Source: Verrucomicrobiaceae bacterium
Lineage (GTDB): Bacteria; Verrucomicrobiota; Verrucomicrobiia; Verrucomicrobiales; Akkermansiaceae
Assembly (NCBI GenBank): GCA_051252135.1
Contig: JBPOGH010000009.1
Coordinates: 64,001-128,000 of the forward strand
Direction of reading: 5' to 3'
DNA length: 64,000 bases
Of the stretch, positions 38,135 to 46,935 are shown one piece after another. Position 1 is the stretch's first letter. Every line of letters starts with the position of its first letter. The notes beneath the pieces were generated by a model. That model saw only the letters and a list, made by a program, of their open reading frames with translations. It was not told the origin of the DNA and did no database searches. The position numbers and the translations under genes are program-made.

Positions 38135-38171
38135 AAAAAAAACCCTCATCGCGTGAGCGATGAGGGGTTTT
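38135..38171 (-). terminator. Intrinsic (probably bidirectional) terminator after a PEP-CTERM gene
   Basis: A8-CCCTCATCGC-GTGA-GCGATGAGGG-G-TTTT, a perfect 10-bp stem. Confidence 0.85.
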
Positions 38172-38192
38172 AGGAAGGGAGTTGGGGAAGGG

Positions 38193-38966
38193 TTACTTCC
38201 GCTTGCGGATCAGGCTGAAGCTGAGCATTCCGAGAGCCAGGATGGCGGTGGAGGAAGGTTCGGGGACGTGTGAGGCGTTGAACTCTTCAAATTGGAGGTT
38301 ATCAAAGACCCATGATTCACCGAGTTGTCCGTTGAAGGTCTGGGCGACGAAGGTGTCGATATTCGCTGGAATGCCACCGCCGTTGTTGCTGTCAGTGGCG
38401 TTGTCATCGATCAGGGTGGTGCCCACCCAATAATCGTAGGAGCCGGGGGCGACGGTCTGGGTGGTGGCATCCGGTGCGGTGTAGGTGTATATTGCGGCCG
38501 ATCCGTTGAAGAAGTATTTCACGGAACTGAGGGATGACGAGCTGGTGGAAATCCCGTCGGCACCGGCATCGACGGTGTGGGCGAAGTTTGGCTTTGGGGA
38601 ACCACCTGTGCTGCGTCCACCCTCGCCGAGCTGAAGGAAGAAAATATCAGTGTCAGCGGCAGCGGTATCGGAATCACCGAGGAAGGCGGTTTCGAAGCTC
38701 AAGATACCACAGGTGGCTGATGTTGTACTATTGACTTGGATGGCATCGCGACCACCGTCGGCGACGAGGAGAACCTGACCGGCCGCATTCACGCTGACGG
38801 TTCCGGTTGTACTATCGAGGTTGCCGGAGCCGGTGGCGGTGGAGCCACTGATGGGGTCTCCGTCTGAGTAGGCACTGAAGTTTTCAGTCCAGACGACGAC
38901 GGCTTGGGCTGAGCCGGAGAGGACGATTCCTGTAAAAAGCGCCAAGAGGGCGTGGGTAGATTTCAT
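38193..38966 (-). CDS. PEP-CTERM sorting domain protein
   Basis: True start MKSTHALL at 38966 (the track over-extends to 39665). Ends VPEPSSTAILALGMLSFSLIRKRK. Confidence 0.92.
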   Translation of the reverse strand: MKSTHALLALFTGIVLSGSAQAVVVWTENFSAYSDGDPISGSTATGSGNLDSTTGTVSVNAAGQVLLVADGGRDAIQVNSTTSATCGILSFETAFLGDSDTAAADTDIFFLQLGEGGRSTGGSPKPNFAHTVDAGADGISTSSSSLSSVKYFFNGSAAIYTYTAPDATTQTVAPGSYDYWVGTTLIDDNATDSNNGGGIPANIDTFVAQTFNGQLGESWVFDNLQFEEFNASHVPEPSSTAILALGMLSFSLIRKRK

Positions 38967-39012
38967 GGTGTGTTGTGTCGTGTTCGTTGGGGACGTGAAA
39001 AGCCAAAACAGA

Positions 39013-39026
39013 TTACAGCGTTGTAA
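39013..39026. promoter_or_regulatory. LacI-family-like operator palindrome
   Basis: TTACAGCGTTGTAA, CG-centred with one mismatched pair, about 47 bp upstream of the PEP-CTERM start. Confidence 0.45.
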
Positions 39027-39105
39027 ATCGGCACGTCTCCCTGAAGGGAATGTCTCCAAGGGGAGGATTTGTGCAGTCAAAAAGTGCAATTTTTCGAGGG
39101 AGCTC

Positions 39106-41325
39106 CTATTGGACGAGCTCAATGTCGGTCTTTTGGTCGCCGATCTGGATGGTGAAGGTGCCTGGTTCGGCGGTCCATTGGTTGTCGTTGTTGACGAACT
39201 GGAAGGCGCTTGGGGGAAGGGTGAAGGTGACTTCCTGGGCTTCACCGGGTTTGAGGTCGACTTTGGTGAAGCCTTTGAGGGCTTTGACCTCGGGGGTGAT
39301 GGTGGCGAAGTGGTCGCTGAGGTAGAGTTGGGCGGTGTGCTTGCCTGCGCGGTCTCCGGTGTTGGTGATTTTGGCGGTGACGGTGAGGGTGTCGCCTGCG
39401 TTGAAGCTGGCTTTGTCGACCTTGAGTTCACTGGTGGTGAAGGTGGTGTAGGAGAGGCCGTGACCGAACTCAAACTGCGGGTGGTAGTTTTTGAGGGTGT
39501 CGCTGTTGAGGCCCTCGGTGTGCTTGTGGTTGTATTGCTGGAGGGCGTTGGTGAAGCGGGGGTAGTTGTAGGGGAGGCAGCCGGAGGGGTTGACCTGGCC
39601 GGTGATGATATCGACGAGGGCGTTGGCTCCCTGGTTACCGGGGAGGTAGGCGTTGAGGATGGCATTCATCTTGGGTTCGATGGGGTTGATGATGCGGGGG
39701 CGGCCTTGGGCGAGGACGAGGATGATGGGCTTGCCAGTTTTGGCGAGGGCTTTGGCGAGCTTGGTCTGGACCCAGAAGAGGCGGAGGGAGTCGATGTTTC
39801 CGGGGGTTTCGGTGTAGGGGCCTTCGCCGAGGCAGAGGATGATGGCGTCGACTTTTTCAGCGGCGGAGACGGCGGCGGGGATATCGACTTCCTCTTCGAT
39901 GGTGGTGCCGGGGACGTAGGTGATGTTTTCCGATCCGAGTTTGTCCTGGAAGGCTTCGAGGATGGTGTTGCTGGAGGCGGCCCATTCGTCTGATTTGTCG
40001 CCGGGCCAGGTGTAGGACCAGCCTCCGTTGAGGGAGTTCATGGTGTTGGCGGTGGGGCCGGTGACGAGGAGTTTTTTACCGGGGGCGAGGGGGAGGGTGG
40101 CGTCGGTATTCTTGAGGAGGGTGATGGACTCGGCTGCGGTGTCGTAGGCGAGTTGGGTGTGCTCGGCGGAGCCGAAAGCGGGGTAGTCGGCTGGGTCGGC
40201 GACGAGGGAGCGGTCGAAGAGGCCGAGCTCGAACTTGAGGGTGAGGATTTTGGTCACGGCGTCATCGATCCTGGACATGGGGACGGTGCCTTCCTTGGCG
40301 AGCGCGATGAGGTTGGTGGTGAAGGAGTAGTCATTGGGGACCATGGACATGTCGATCCCGGCCATGACGGCCATGCGGACGGCTTCCTTCATGTTGGGAG
40401 CGACCTTGTGGCGGGTGTGGAGGTAGATGATGTCTTCCCAATCGGTGAGGATGAGGCCTTTGAAGCCCATTTCCTTTTGAAGGATGTCGGTGAGGAGTTT
40501 CTTGCTGGCGTGGACGGGGGTGCCGTTGATCTCGCCGGAGTTGATCATGATGGTTTTGGCTCCGGCATCGATGGCGGCCTGGTAGATGGGGAGGTCCTTT
40601 TGGCGGAGGAGGCGATCGGGGATGATTGAGGGGGTGCGGTCGTCTCCGTGGATGGGGCTTCCGTAGCCGACGAAGTGCTTGATGCAGGCGGCGACCTTGT
40701 GAGGGTCGGTGATATCGGAGCCCTGATATCCGCGGACCATGGCGGCGCCGAGTTGGGTGGTGAGGTAGGAGTCCTGCCCGAAGGTTTCCCAGAGGCGGGG
40801 CCACTGGGTGGTGCGGGGGAGGTCGAGATCGGGCGAGAAGACCCAGGCGATGGAGGAGGCGCGGGTTTCGTAGGCGGAGACGGCGGCTCCTTTTTCGACG
40901 AGGTCGGCGCTGAAGGTAGCGGCTTGGCCGATTTGTTGGGGGAAGAGGGTGGCTCCGGCGGTGTAGGAGGCTCCGTGGATGGAGTCGATGCCGTAGAGGA
41001 TGGGGATTTGGGTGTCGTTGGCTTGGGTGGCCTTTTCAATCTCCGCCATGGTCTTGGCCCAGCCGGCGGGGTCGGGAGCGCCGGGATTAGGGACGTTGAG
41101 GAGGGAGCCGACCTTGTGGGTGTTGATGGCTTTCTGGAGTTTCTCGGGATTGAAGACTCCGGGCTCGTCCTGGAGAGCGGTGACGGTGATTTGGGTCATC
41201 TGCCCGACCTTTTCCTCGAGGGTGAGGGTGGCGAGAAGGTCTTTGGCCTTTTGAGCGGCGTCATTTGCGGACGCGGATAGAAGGGTGGCCAGAAGAAAAG
41301 CGATGGTGAGAGTGCTTCGTTGCAT
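39106..41325 (-). CDS. Glycoside hydrolase family 3 (BglX-like beta-glucosidase)
   Basis: GIDSIHG, WPRLWETFG, CIKHFVGYG, ILTDWED nucleophile, FEFGHGLSYT and a C-terminal Fn3-like domain; signal peptide. Confidence 0.93.
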   Translation of the reverse strand: MQRSTLTIAFLLATLLSASANDAAQKAKDLLATLTLEEKVGQMTQITVTALQDEPGVFNPEKLQKAINTHKVGSLLNVPNPGAPDPAGWAKTMAEIEKATQANDTQIPILYGIDSIHGASYTAGATLFPQQIGQAATFSADLVEKGAAVSAYETRASSIAWVFSPDLDLPRTTQWPRLWETFGQDSYLTTQLGAAMVRGYQGSDITDPHKVAACIKHFVGYGSPIHGDDRTPSIIPDRLLRQKDLPIYQAAIDAGAKTIMINSGEINGTPVHASKKLLTDILQKEMGFKGLILTDWEDIIYLHTRHKVAPNMKEAVRMAVMAGIDMSMVPNDYSFTTNLIALAKEGTVPMSRIDDAVTKILTLKFELGLFDRSLVADPADYPAFGSAEHTQLAYDTAAESITLLKNTDATLPLAPGKKLLVTGPTANTMNSLNGGWSYTWPGDKSDEWAASSNTILEAFQDKLGSENITYVPGTTIEEEVDIPAAVSAAEKVDAIILCLGEGPYTETPGNIDSLRLFWVQTKLAKALAKTGKPIILVLAQGRPRIINPIEPKMNAILNAYLPGNQGANALVDIITGQVNPSGCLPYNYPRFTNALQQYNHKHTEGLNSDTLKNYHPQFEFGHGLSYTTFTTSELKVDKASFNAGDTLTVTAKITNTGDRAGKHTAQLYLSDHFATITPEVKALKGFTKVDLKPGEAQEVTFTLPPSAFQFVNNDNQWTAEPGTFTIQIGDQKTDIELVQ

Positions 41326-41429
41326 GATTGTGACAATTATCTTGGATGGTTTTGGGCGAGGTGCAAGACAGGAAGAAAAATCCTTCCTCCCTGGAGGTTA
41401 ATTTGTTAAGATATTCAATACCTCCTAAT

Positions 41430-42122
41430 ATGTTTAAGCTCACAATTTGCGCTCTTCTTTTTGCCTCGAGTCTCAACGGGCAAACGTGGACCGACTGGAA
41501 TGCTCCCACCGGGGGAAACACGCAGGTGACGGGGACATTGATCGATGGAGTCGATACAATCACGGTGACGGTGTTTGGATGTGTGGCAGGGACGGTATCC
41601 GATGGCACGAGCACGGCCTTCAGTGATGTGTCTTTCTATTCTCCGGCATTGCCGACATCGGACATGCTCTTCAGTGATCACACGGAGGCGACCGACGGGC
41701 AGTTTGTGATTCATTTTTCCCAGGCGGTGACGAATCCGGTGTTTCACATGACGGACCGGCATCACACTTTTGGAGCATTCAATGCGTTGAACAACGCGCC
41801 GATCACGCTGGTGCCACTCTCGGGGAACTTGAAGGCTTACAATGATTCGACGTCCCAGTTCACCGAGTCATCCGGAACGGTGATTGGTCGGGATGACTGG
41901 TATGGGCCGACCTTTATTACGGGAGGAAATTCCAATGGATTTGGGAATACGACGGCGGATGGCACCTTTCGGATGATCGGGACGTTTACGGCGATTGATA
42001 TGAACCTTTATGCCGAAGATTTTGTGGGATTCCAGATGGGTTTGGTTCCGGTGCCGGAGCCTACGGCGCCTGTGCTGGTCGCGCTGGCCGGTCTGGTGAT
42101 GACGGGGCGGCGGAAGAGGTAG
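41430..42122 (+). CDS. PEP-CTERM sorting domain protein
   Basis: MFKLTICALL signal; ends VPVPEPTAPVLVALAGLVMTGRRKR. Confidence 0.9.
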   Translation: MFKLTICALLFASSLNGQTWTDWNAPTGGNTQVTGTLIDGVDTITVTVFGCVAGTVSDGTSTAFSDVSFYSPALPTSDMLFSDHTEATDGQFVIHFSQAVTNPVFHMTDRHHTFGAFNALNNAPITLVPLSGNLKAYNDSTSQFTESSGTVIGRDDWYGPTFITGGNSNGFGNTTADGTFRMIGTFTAIDMNLYAEDFVGFQMGLVPVPEPTAPVLVALAGLVMTGRRKR

Positions 42123-42148
42123 GAGGGCGATGGGCGGGTCTTTACCGA

Positions 42149-42685
42149 TCAGGAATTGACGAAAAAGAGGGGGATGGCGATGGCGAGAAGGACCACGATG
42201 ATGAGGATGATCCAGGTGAGGGGGGAGGTCTTGTGTTTGACGTGGGGGGTTTGGGCGATGATCTCGCGGTAGGTTGGGGAGAGGATGCGGATGCCCTTGC
42301 GCGAATTGTAGAGGTAGAGGAAATAGCCATTGATGATGGTGCCGACGGGGAAGGCGAAAAGGCCGAGGATGGAGAAGAGGGTGGCAGGGATGCGGGCCCA
42401 GGATTGGAGTTTGCGGAGGCCGCGGCCGGTGACGAATTGGAGGATGGCGAGGGCGAGGAAGAAGAGGGCTACGAATGCGGCAGAGGTTCCGTCCTCGGGG
42501 ATGGTGAGGAAAAGGCCGAAGGCCGCGAAGGCGACGAAGAAACCGGCGAGGTAGTAGAGGAGTCCGATGGTTTTGAGGGAGGACTCGTGGCTGATGAGTT
42601 GGCGGCGGACGGCAGTGGCAGCTGAGGAGGGGCGGGAGATTTCGGGGCTGGGGGTTTCGGGTGGGGCGTAGGGATTTTCGGACAT
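42149..42685 (-). CDS. Hypothetical membrane protein
   Basis: N-terminal ENPYAPP followed by 4-5 hydrophobic segments. Confidence 0.7.
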   Translation of the reverse strand: MSENPYAPPETPSPEISRPSSAATAVRRQLISHESSLKTIGLLYYLAGFFVAFAAFGLFLTIPEDGTSAAFVALFFLALAILQFVTGRGLRKLQSWARIPATLFSILGLFAFPVGTIINGYFLYLYNSRKGIRILSPTYREIIAQTPHVKHKTSPLTWIILIIVVLLAIAIPLFFVNS

Positions 42686-42744
42686 GGCGGGGAGGTGGAT
42701 GAGACGATGCCCAAGATGAGGGAGAAGGACGAGCGAAGAAGTGG

Positions 42745-45700
42745 CTACTGGAGCGAGATGAGGAGGCGGGCGAAACCGGAGTGTGGTGCGGGGCGCGGGA
42801 TTTCGATGGTGATGTTCTCGGTGTCTCCGGAGCCGGGGGTTCTGCTGATGACGGTGGTATTGGCGGGGAGGAAGTTGTCGAGACCGGTGGAGGTTTGGCC
42901 GGTGAAGAGGGCGTGGGGGCCGGCGGCCCAGGGGAATTGGAGGCGGATGGTTTCCGGGGAGACGGCGAGGAGAGAGACGGGGGAGGCGTTTCCTTGTTTG
43001 GGGTTGGTCCCGTGGGCGAACTCTGCGAGGTTGGAGAGGCCGTCGGCGTCGGGGTCGGCGGTGGGGCCGGAGATGAGGCTGTCGGCTTGTTCCGCAGGGG
43101 TGAAGTGGGCTGATTTCCAGCTATCGAAAGTGGGGGCGGGGTGGTCGTTGAAGACGAGGGTGACGCCGGTGGGGTCGTGGTAGGAGAGGGTTGCGGTGAG
43201 TTGGGGTGGGATTGCGGCGAGATCGAGGGTGTCGAAGGTTCCCGAAATGGAGTTCGCGACGAGGATGAGGAAGGGGGAGCCGGGGGTGGGGAGGTAGCTA
43301 TCGAGGAGGTGGGGGCGGAAGGTGCCGGCGAGGGAGAGGGGGCCGTCGATGTTGAGAAAGTCCGAGTCGTTGAGGGAGCTGGCTTCCCACTGGTAGAGCG
43401 AGGTGGGGGAAAAGGTGGTGTTTCCGTTGATGATGAGGGTGCCGGGGCTTTCGCCGGGGGCGATGGTGCCGTCGTTGAGGGTGAGGTCGCCATTGATGGT
43501 GCCGTTGCCGACAAAGAGGGCGCCGGATGCGAAGGTGCAGTGATCAACGGTGACCACGCAGTCGTTCCGCAGTCCGAAGGTGGCGCCTTGGGAGACGGTG
43601 AGGGGTTCGGAGTGGGTGATGGAGGAATCGCGGTAGAGGCTGGTGGCTTCACCGATGACGGAGTGGACTTTATTGAGGTCGGAGCCTTCCCAATTGGCGT
43701 CTCTGAGTTGGGTGACGTCCTCGTTGAAGAGAAGGCGGGCGTCGGGATCGACTTTCCAGTTTCCGCCTTCGAGGGTGCCGTCCTCACTGGAGAGGTTTCT
43801 TGGTTCGGTGAGGTGGAGGACCGAGTTGCCGGTGACTTTTACGGTGCCTCCTCGTTCGTTGGTGAAGGGGCTGGAAATGATGACGTTTGCGCCTTCCTCG
43901 CAGATGAGGGTGCTGTTGTTTTGATAGGCTTTTTCGCCACCCCCTGAGATGCTGGCGCCGGAACGGAGGTGGTGGGTGCCGCCATTGACGATGCGTCCGC
44001 CGGAGAAGTCATCGCCTTCGGTTGCAGGGGCGAGTTCGAGCGAAGCGTTCTGGAAGATTTCGACGGAGTTGTTGACGAAGAGTTGCGGGAAGTTGGTGAG
44101 TTGTCCGCGGAGGCTTTTGTGTGCGCCCGGGGAGATATCGAGGCGGGACAGGTTTTCGAATTCGGTGGCGATTATGGAGCCGCCATTCCAATCGAAGTAT
44201 CCTTTATTCATGATGCGTCCGGCGGGGATGTTGACAGAGCCGGAGCGGAAGATGAGGCCCCTGGAGTCGTCGATGAGCCCGTTGGCATCGATGCCGAGCT
44301 CGTTGATGATGGCGGTGGTGGCGAAGGGGCTTCCTTCGTCGGTTTCGACATCGAGCGTGATTTCGGGATTGAGTTGGCTGCCGCCGATGGTGGTGGTGCC
44401 GGTGCCCTTGAGGGTGAGGAAGGGGTCGGTGATGCGGAAGGTGCCGTTCTTGATGGTGAGGCGTTCGGAGCTGCCGAGATCGAAGGTTCCATTGAAGGCA
44501 TTGGACCCTTGTTCGAGGGCGACGAGTCCGTTTTTGATCTCCGTCTTGGCGCCCTTGTCCTGATTGTATTTTACTTTGACGAGGTAGTTGGTGAATCCGG
44601 ATTCGCCGAAGGTGATTTGGCCGCTTCCTTTGTTGTGAAGAGTGGAGTCGACGGTGGGATCTTCGGGGTTGATGCTATCGGAGCCTTCGATGTGGAGGGT
44701 GCCGTTGTTTTCGAAGTAGTAGACGTTCATTCCGTAGCAGAGCCAGTTTCCGTGGTTTTCGACCGGGATGGCGAAGGCCGGTTGGGAGAAGGGGTCCTGG
44801 GTGACGGAAGCGCCGGCCTGGTTGAGGAAGAGGCTGCTGGCGTCGGTGGGATCGTTGGGGACGAAGTTGTCCGATCCTTTCATGAGGACCTGTCCGGCAT
44901 TGGTGAGGGTGGCGGGTGCGGGGGGATCGAGGCGGCCGAAGATGAGTCCTCCGATCTCGTATCCGGGAGCGTTGGGCATGTTGAGGGTCAGGTCCTGAAG
45001 GAGCTCGAACTCCTGGACCTGGTTGACGGTTCCGCTGCCGGAGACTTCGGTGAGGCCATCGAAGGTGCGGGTGGGGATGCCTCCCTGGACCTGGGTGAGG
45101 ATGAGGGTGCCATCGGACTTGAGGATGCCGCCTTTGTATTGGTGAACGACGCCGTCGATATTGAGTTGGGCGCCTTCGGTGACGAAGATTTGTCCGTCGA
45201 GTTGGATAAGATTGCCGGAGATTTTCGAGAGTTCTGTGGCGTCATTTTTTTGAATGACGGAGTGATTGGTGACGGTGGAGGAGGAGTTGATGGTGCCGGA
45301 TGCGCCGAGAGAAAGGAGGCCGTCGTTATTGAAGATGCCGAGGGTGGTGGATCCGGAAGCGAGCGAGAAGACGCTTTGATTGAAGAAGAGAGTGCCCGGG
45401 TGGATGCCGCGCGTTCCGATGCTGATGATGCCTTGGTTGGTGAAGTGGGAGCTTCCTTCGAGGCGGACTCTGGTGAGATCGTTTTGGCCTTTAAAGATGA
45501 CGGGTCCCAGTCCCCGGATGGTTCCGGTGCGGGTGGCGATGAGGGAGTTCTCAAAGGTGCCGGAGCTATTGATGATCAGCGTTTCGCCGAGGCTGAAGGG
45601 GACGCGGCAGTCGATGGTATTGACGGTGGCGCTGGTGTTGCTGAGGAAGATGGGGTCGGGGCTTCCGGGGGTGAAGATGCGGACGTCATCGGTGCCGGTG

Positions 45701-45846
45701 GGGACGGTATCGGAGTCCCAATTTTCCTTCGTGTGATAGTTGGGGAGCGGGTTGCCGGCGAGGTCTTCGCCTTCGCCGTTCCATTCGATGGTTGTCGAAG
45801 TTAGGGGAAGGGTTCCGAGCAGGAGGAGGTGGAGGGATGGTCTCAT
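42745..45846 (-). CDS. Large secreted beta-helix (autotransporter-passenger-like) protein without a barrel, carrying the recurrent C-terminal module
   Basis: G/N/T-rich repeats, GTIAPGESPGTLIING and DPDADGLSNLAEFAHGTNP; ends FARLLISLQ. Confidence 0.75.
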   Translation of the reverse strand: MRPSLHLLLLGTLPLTSTTIEWNGEGEDLAGNPLPNYHTKENWDSDTVPTGTDDVRIFTPGSPDPIFLSNTSATVNTIDCRVPFSLGETLIINSSGTFENSLIATRTGTIRGLGPVIFKGQNDLTRVRLEGSSHFTNQGIISIGTRGIHPGTLFFNQSVFSLASGSTTLGIFNNDGLLSLGASGTINSSSTVTNHSVIQKNDATELSKISGNLIQLDGQIFVTEGAQLNIDGVVHQYKGGILKSDGTLILTQVQGGIPTRTFDGLTEVSGSGTVNQVQEFELLQDLTLNMPNAPGYEIGGLIFGRLDPPAPATLTNAGQVLMKGSDNFVPNDPTDASSLFLNQAGASVTQDPFSQPAFAIPVENHGNWLCYGMNVYYFENNGTLHIEGSDSINPEDPTVDSTLHNKGSGQITFGESGFTNYLVKVKYNQDKGAKTEIKNGLVALEQGSNAFNGTFDLGSSERLTIKNGTFRITDPFLTLKGTGTTTIGGSQLNPEITLDVETDEGSPFATTAIINELGIDANGLIDDSRGLIFRSGSVNIPAGRIMNKGYFDWNGGSIIATEFENLSRLDISPGAHKSLRGQLTNFPQLFVNNSVEIFQNASLELAPATEGDDFSGGRIVNGGTHHLRSGASISGGGEKAYQNNSTLICEEGANVIISSPFTNERGGTVKVTGNSVLHLTEPRNLSSEDGTLEGGNWKVDPDARLLFNEDVTQLRDANWEGSDLNKVHSVIGEATSLYRDSSITHSEPLTVSQGATFGLRNDCVVTVDHCTFASGALFVGNGTINGDLTLNDGTIAPGESPGTLIINGNTTFSPTSLYQWEASSLNDSDFLNIDGPLSLAGTFRPHLLDSYLPTPGSPFLILVANSISGTFDTLDLAAIPPQLTATLSYHDPTGVTLVFNDHPAPTFDSWKSAHFTPAEQADSLISGPTADPDADGLSNLAEFAHGTNPKQGNASPVSLLAVSPETIRLQFPWAAGPHALFTGQTSTGLDNFLPANTTVISRTPGSGDTENITIEIPRPAPHSGFARLLISLQ

Positions 45847-45905
45847 GACGAAGAAAGAAGGATTTCGATCATGGAGTGAGGAGGCGGGGGTCGCAAGGTG
45901 AAAGG

Positions 45906-46867
45906 TTACTGCATGAAGACGTAGAGGGCCGTTGCGATGGTCCAGAGGATGAGGAGGCCGAGGAGGGAAGGGAGAAGGACGAACCAGGAGCTGGCGGTAA
46001 TGATCTTGCTGCTGGCGTGTTTTATTTTGGCGGCCATTTCCTGATAGGCGAGGAGCTTCCCGGGGGAGATGTTGAGGGAGGATTGTTGTTTTTTCTCCGG
46101 GACATTTTTGAGGGCCTTTTGGGTGATGGAGGTGCCCAGTCTGTTGGTGAGTGGAGTGAGGAGCCGGGAGAGAATTGGGAAGGTGTTCTTTAAGACATCA
46201 TGGAAAATGGGGAGGGCGACGATGTGCATGATTCCGTGAAAGAGCTCGCCGAAGGTGGGGGTTTCGAGGGAGCCGTCTTGTTGCTTCTGTTGGAGAGTGG
46301 CGAGGTCCTTGGTGGCTTGGGTGGAGAGATCGACAGCAACATTGAGCATGGTGGTGAGGATGCGTTTTGTTTTGACGACGAAGACGAGGCTGAAGAGAAG
46401 GATGGTATGGAGGATGACAAAGATGATCCCGCCGATGGCGGCGAAGGTGGTTTGCCAGGAGCCATCGGCTTGCACGGTAAATAATCCTGCGAGGAGGACT
46501 GATACCACTCCGAGTTCCAAAATAGCGGAATGTTTGTTTTAAGGGCTCATTTTTGAACAGCACTTTGTGGAGTTGATGCAGCCGAGCGCTTTCTTGAGAT
46601 AGCGGCGTTTTTCCTCGGTTGTGGTCTCCAGACCACGCCCTCGTCATGCCTTGCTCTCTCAAGAAATCACTTCGGCATTCCGCTATTTTGAAACTCTACT
46701 TGGTATGAGATGAGCAGGGGGATGCGGAAGTGGTTTTGTGAGAAGTCCTCGAGGCTCGCGATTCCGGAGAGGGATTTGGCGAGGTCGTGATGGCGGTACT
46801 GGCGGAGGTCGATTCCGGTTCTCTTTTCGAAGCGGTCGGCGTGTCGGTCGACTTGGGTGGAGTTCAT
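45906..46867 (-). pseudogene. Membrane protein gene interrupted by a MITE
   Basis: Removing 46503-46705 plus one TGA copy fuses ...HFRIPLLIS to VLLAGLFTVQ... in frame, giving a 251-aa ORF. Confidence 0.85.
46503..46705. mobile_element. 203-bp MITE with 30-bp imperfect TIRs and a 3-bp TSD (TGA)
   Basis: TIRs at 46503-46532 and 46676-46705 match 25/30. TGA at 46500-46502 and 46706-46708. Internal palindrome at 46590-46666. Confidence 0.88.
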
Positions 46868-46912
46868 GGGGAATCGGGAGGAAGTTTGGAATTCTCCCAA
46901 AAGGGGGGTGTT

Positions 46913-46929
46913 CGGGGCTGGAAGCCCCG
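46913..46929. repeat. Short REP-like or terminator-like palindrome
   Basis: CGGGGC-TGGAA-GCCCCG, 6 bp downstream of the stop of 46936..50442. Confidence 0.4.
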
Positions 46930-46935
46930 GCTCCT

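Noticed and set aside
38967..39665. N-terminal extension of the 490-aa PEP-CTERM ORF
   Set aside because: It overlaps the GH3 gene in another frame; the signal peptide begins at 38966.
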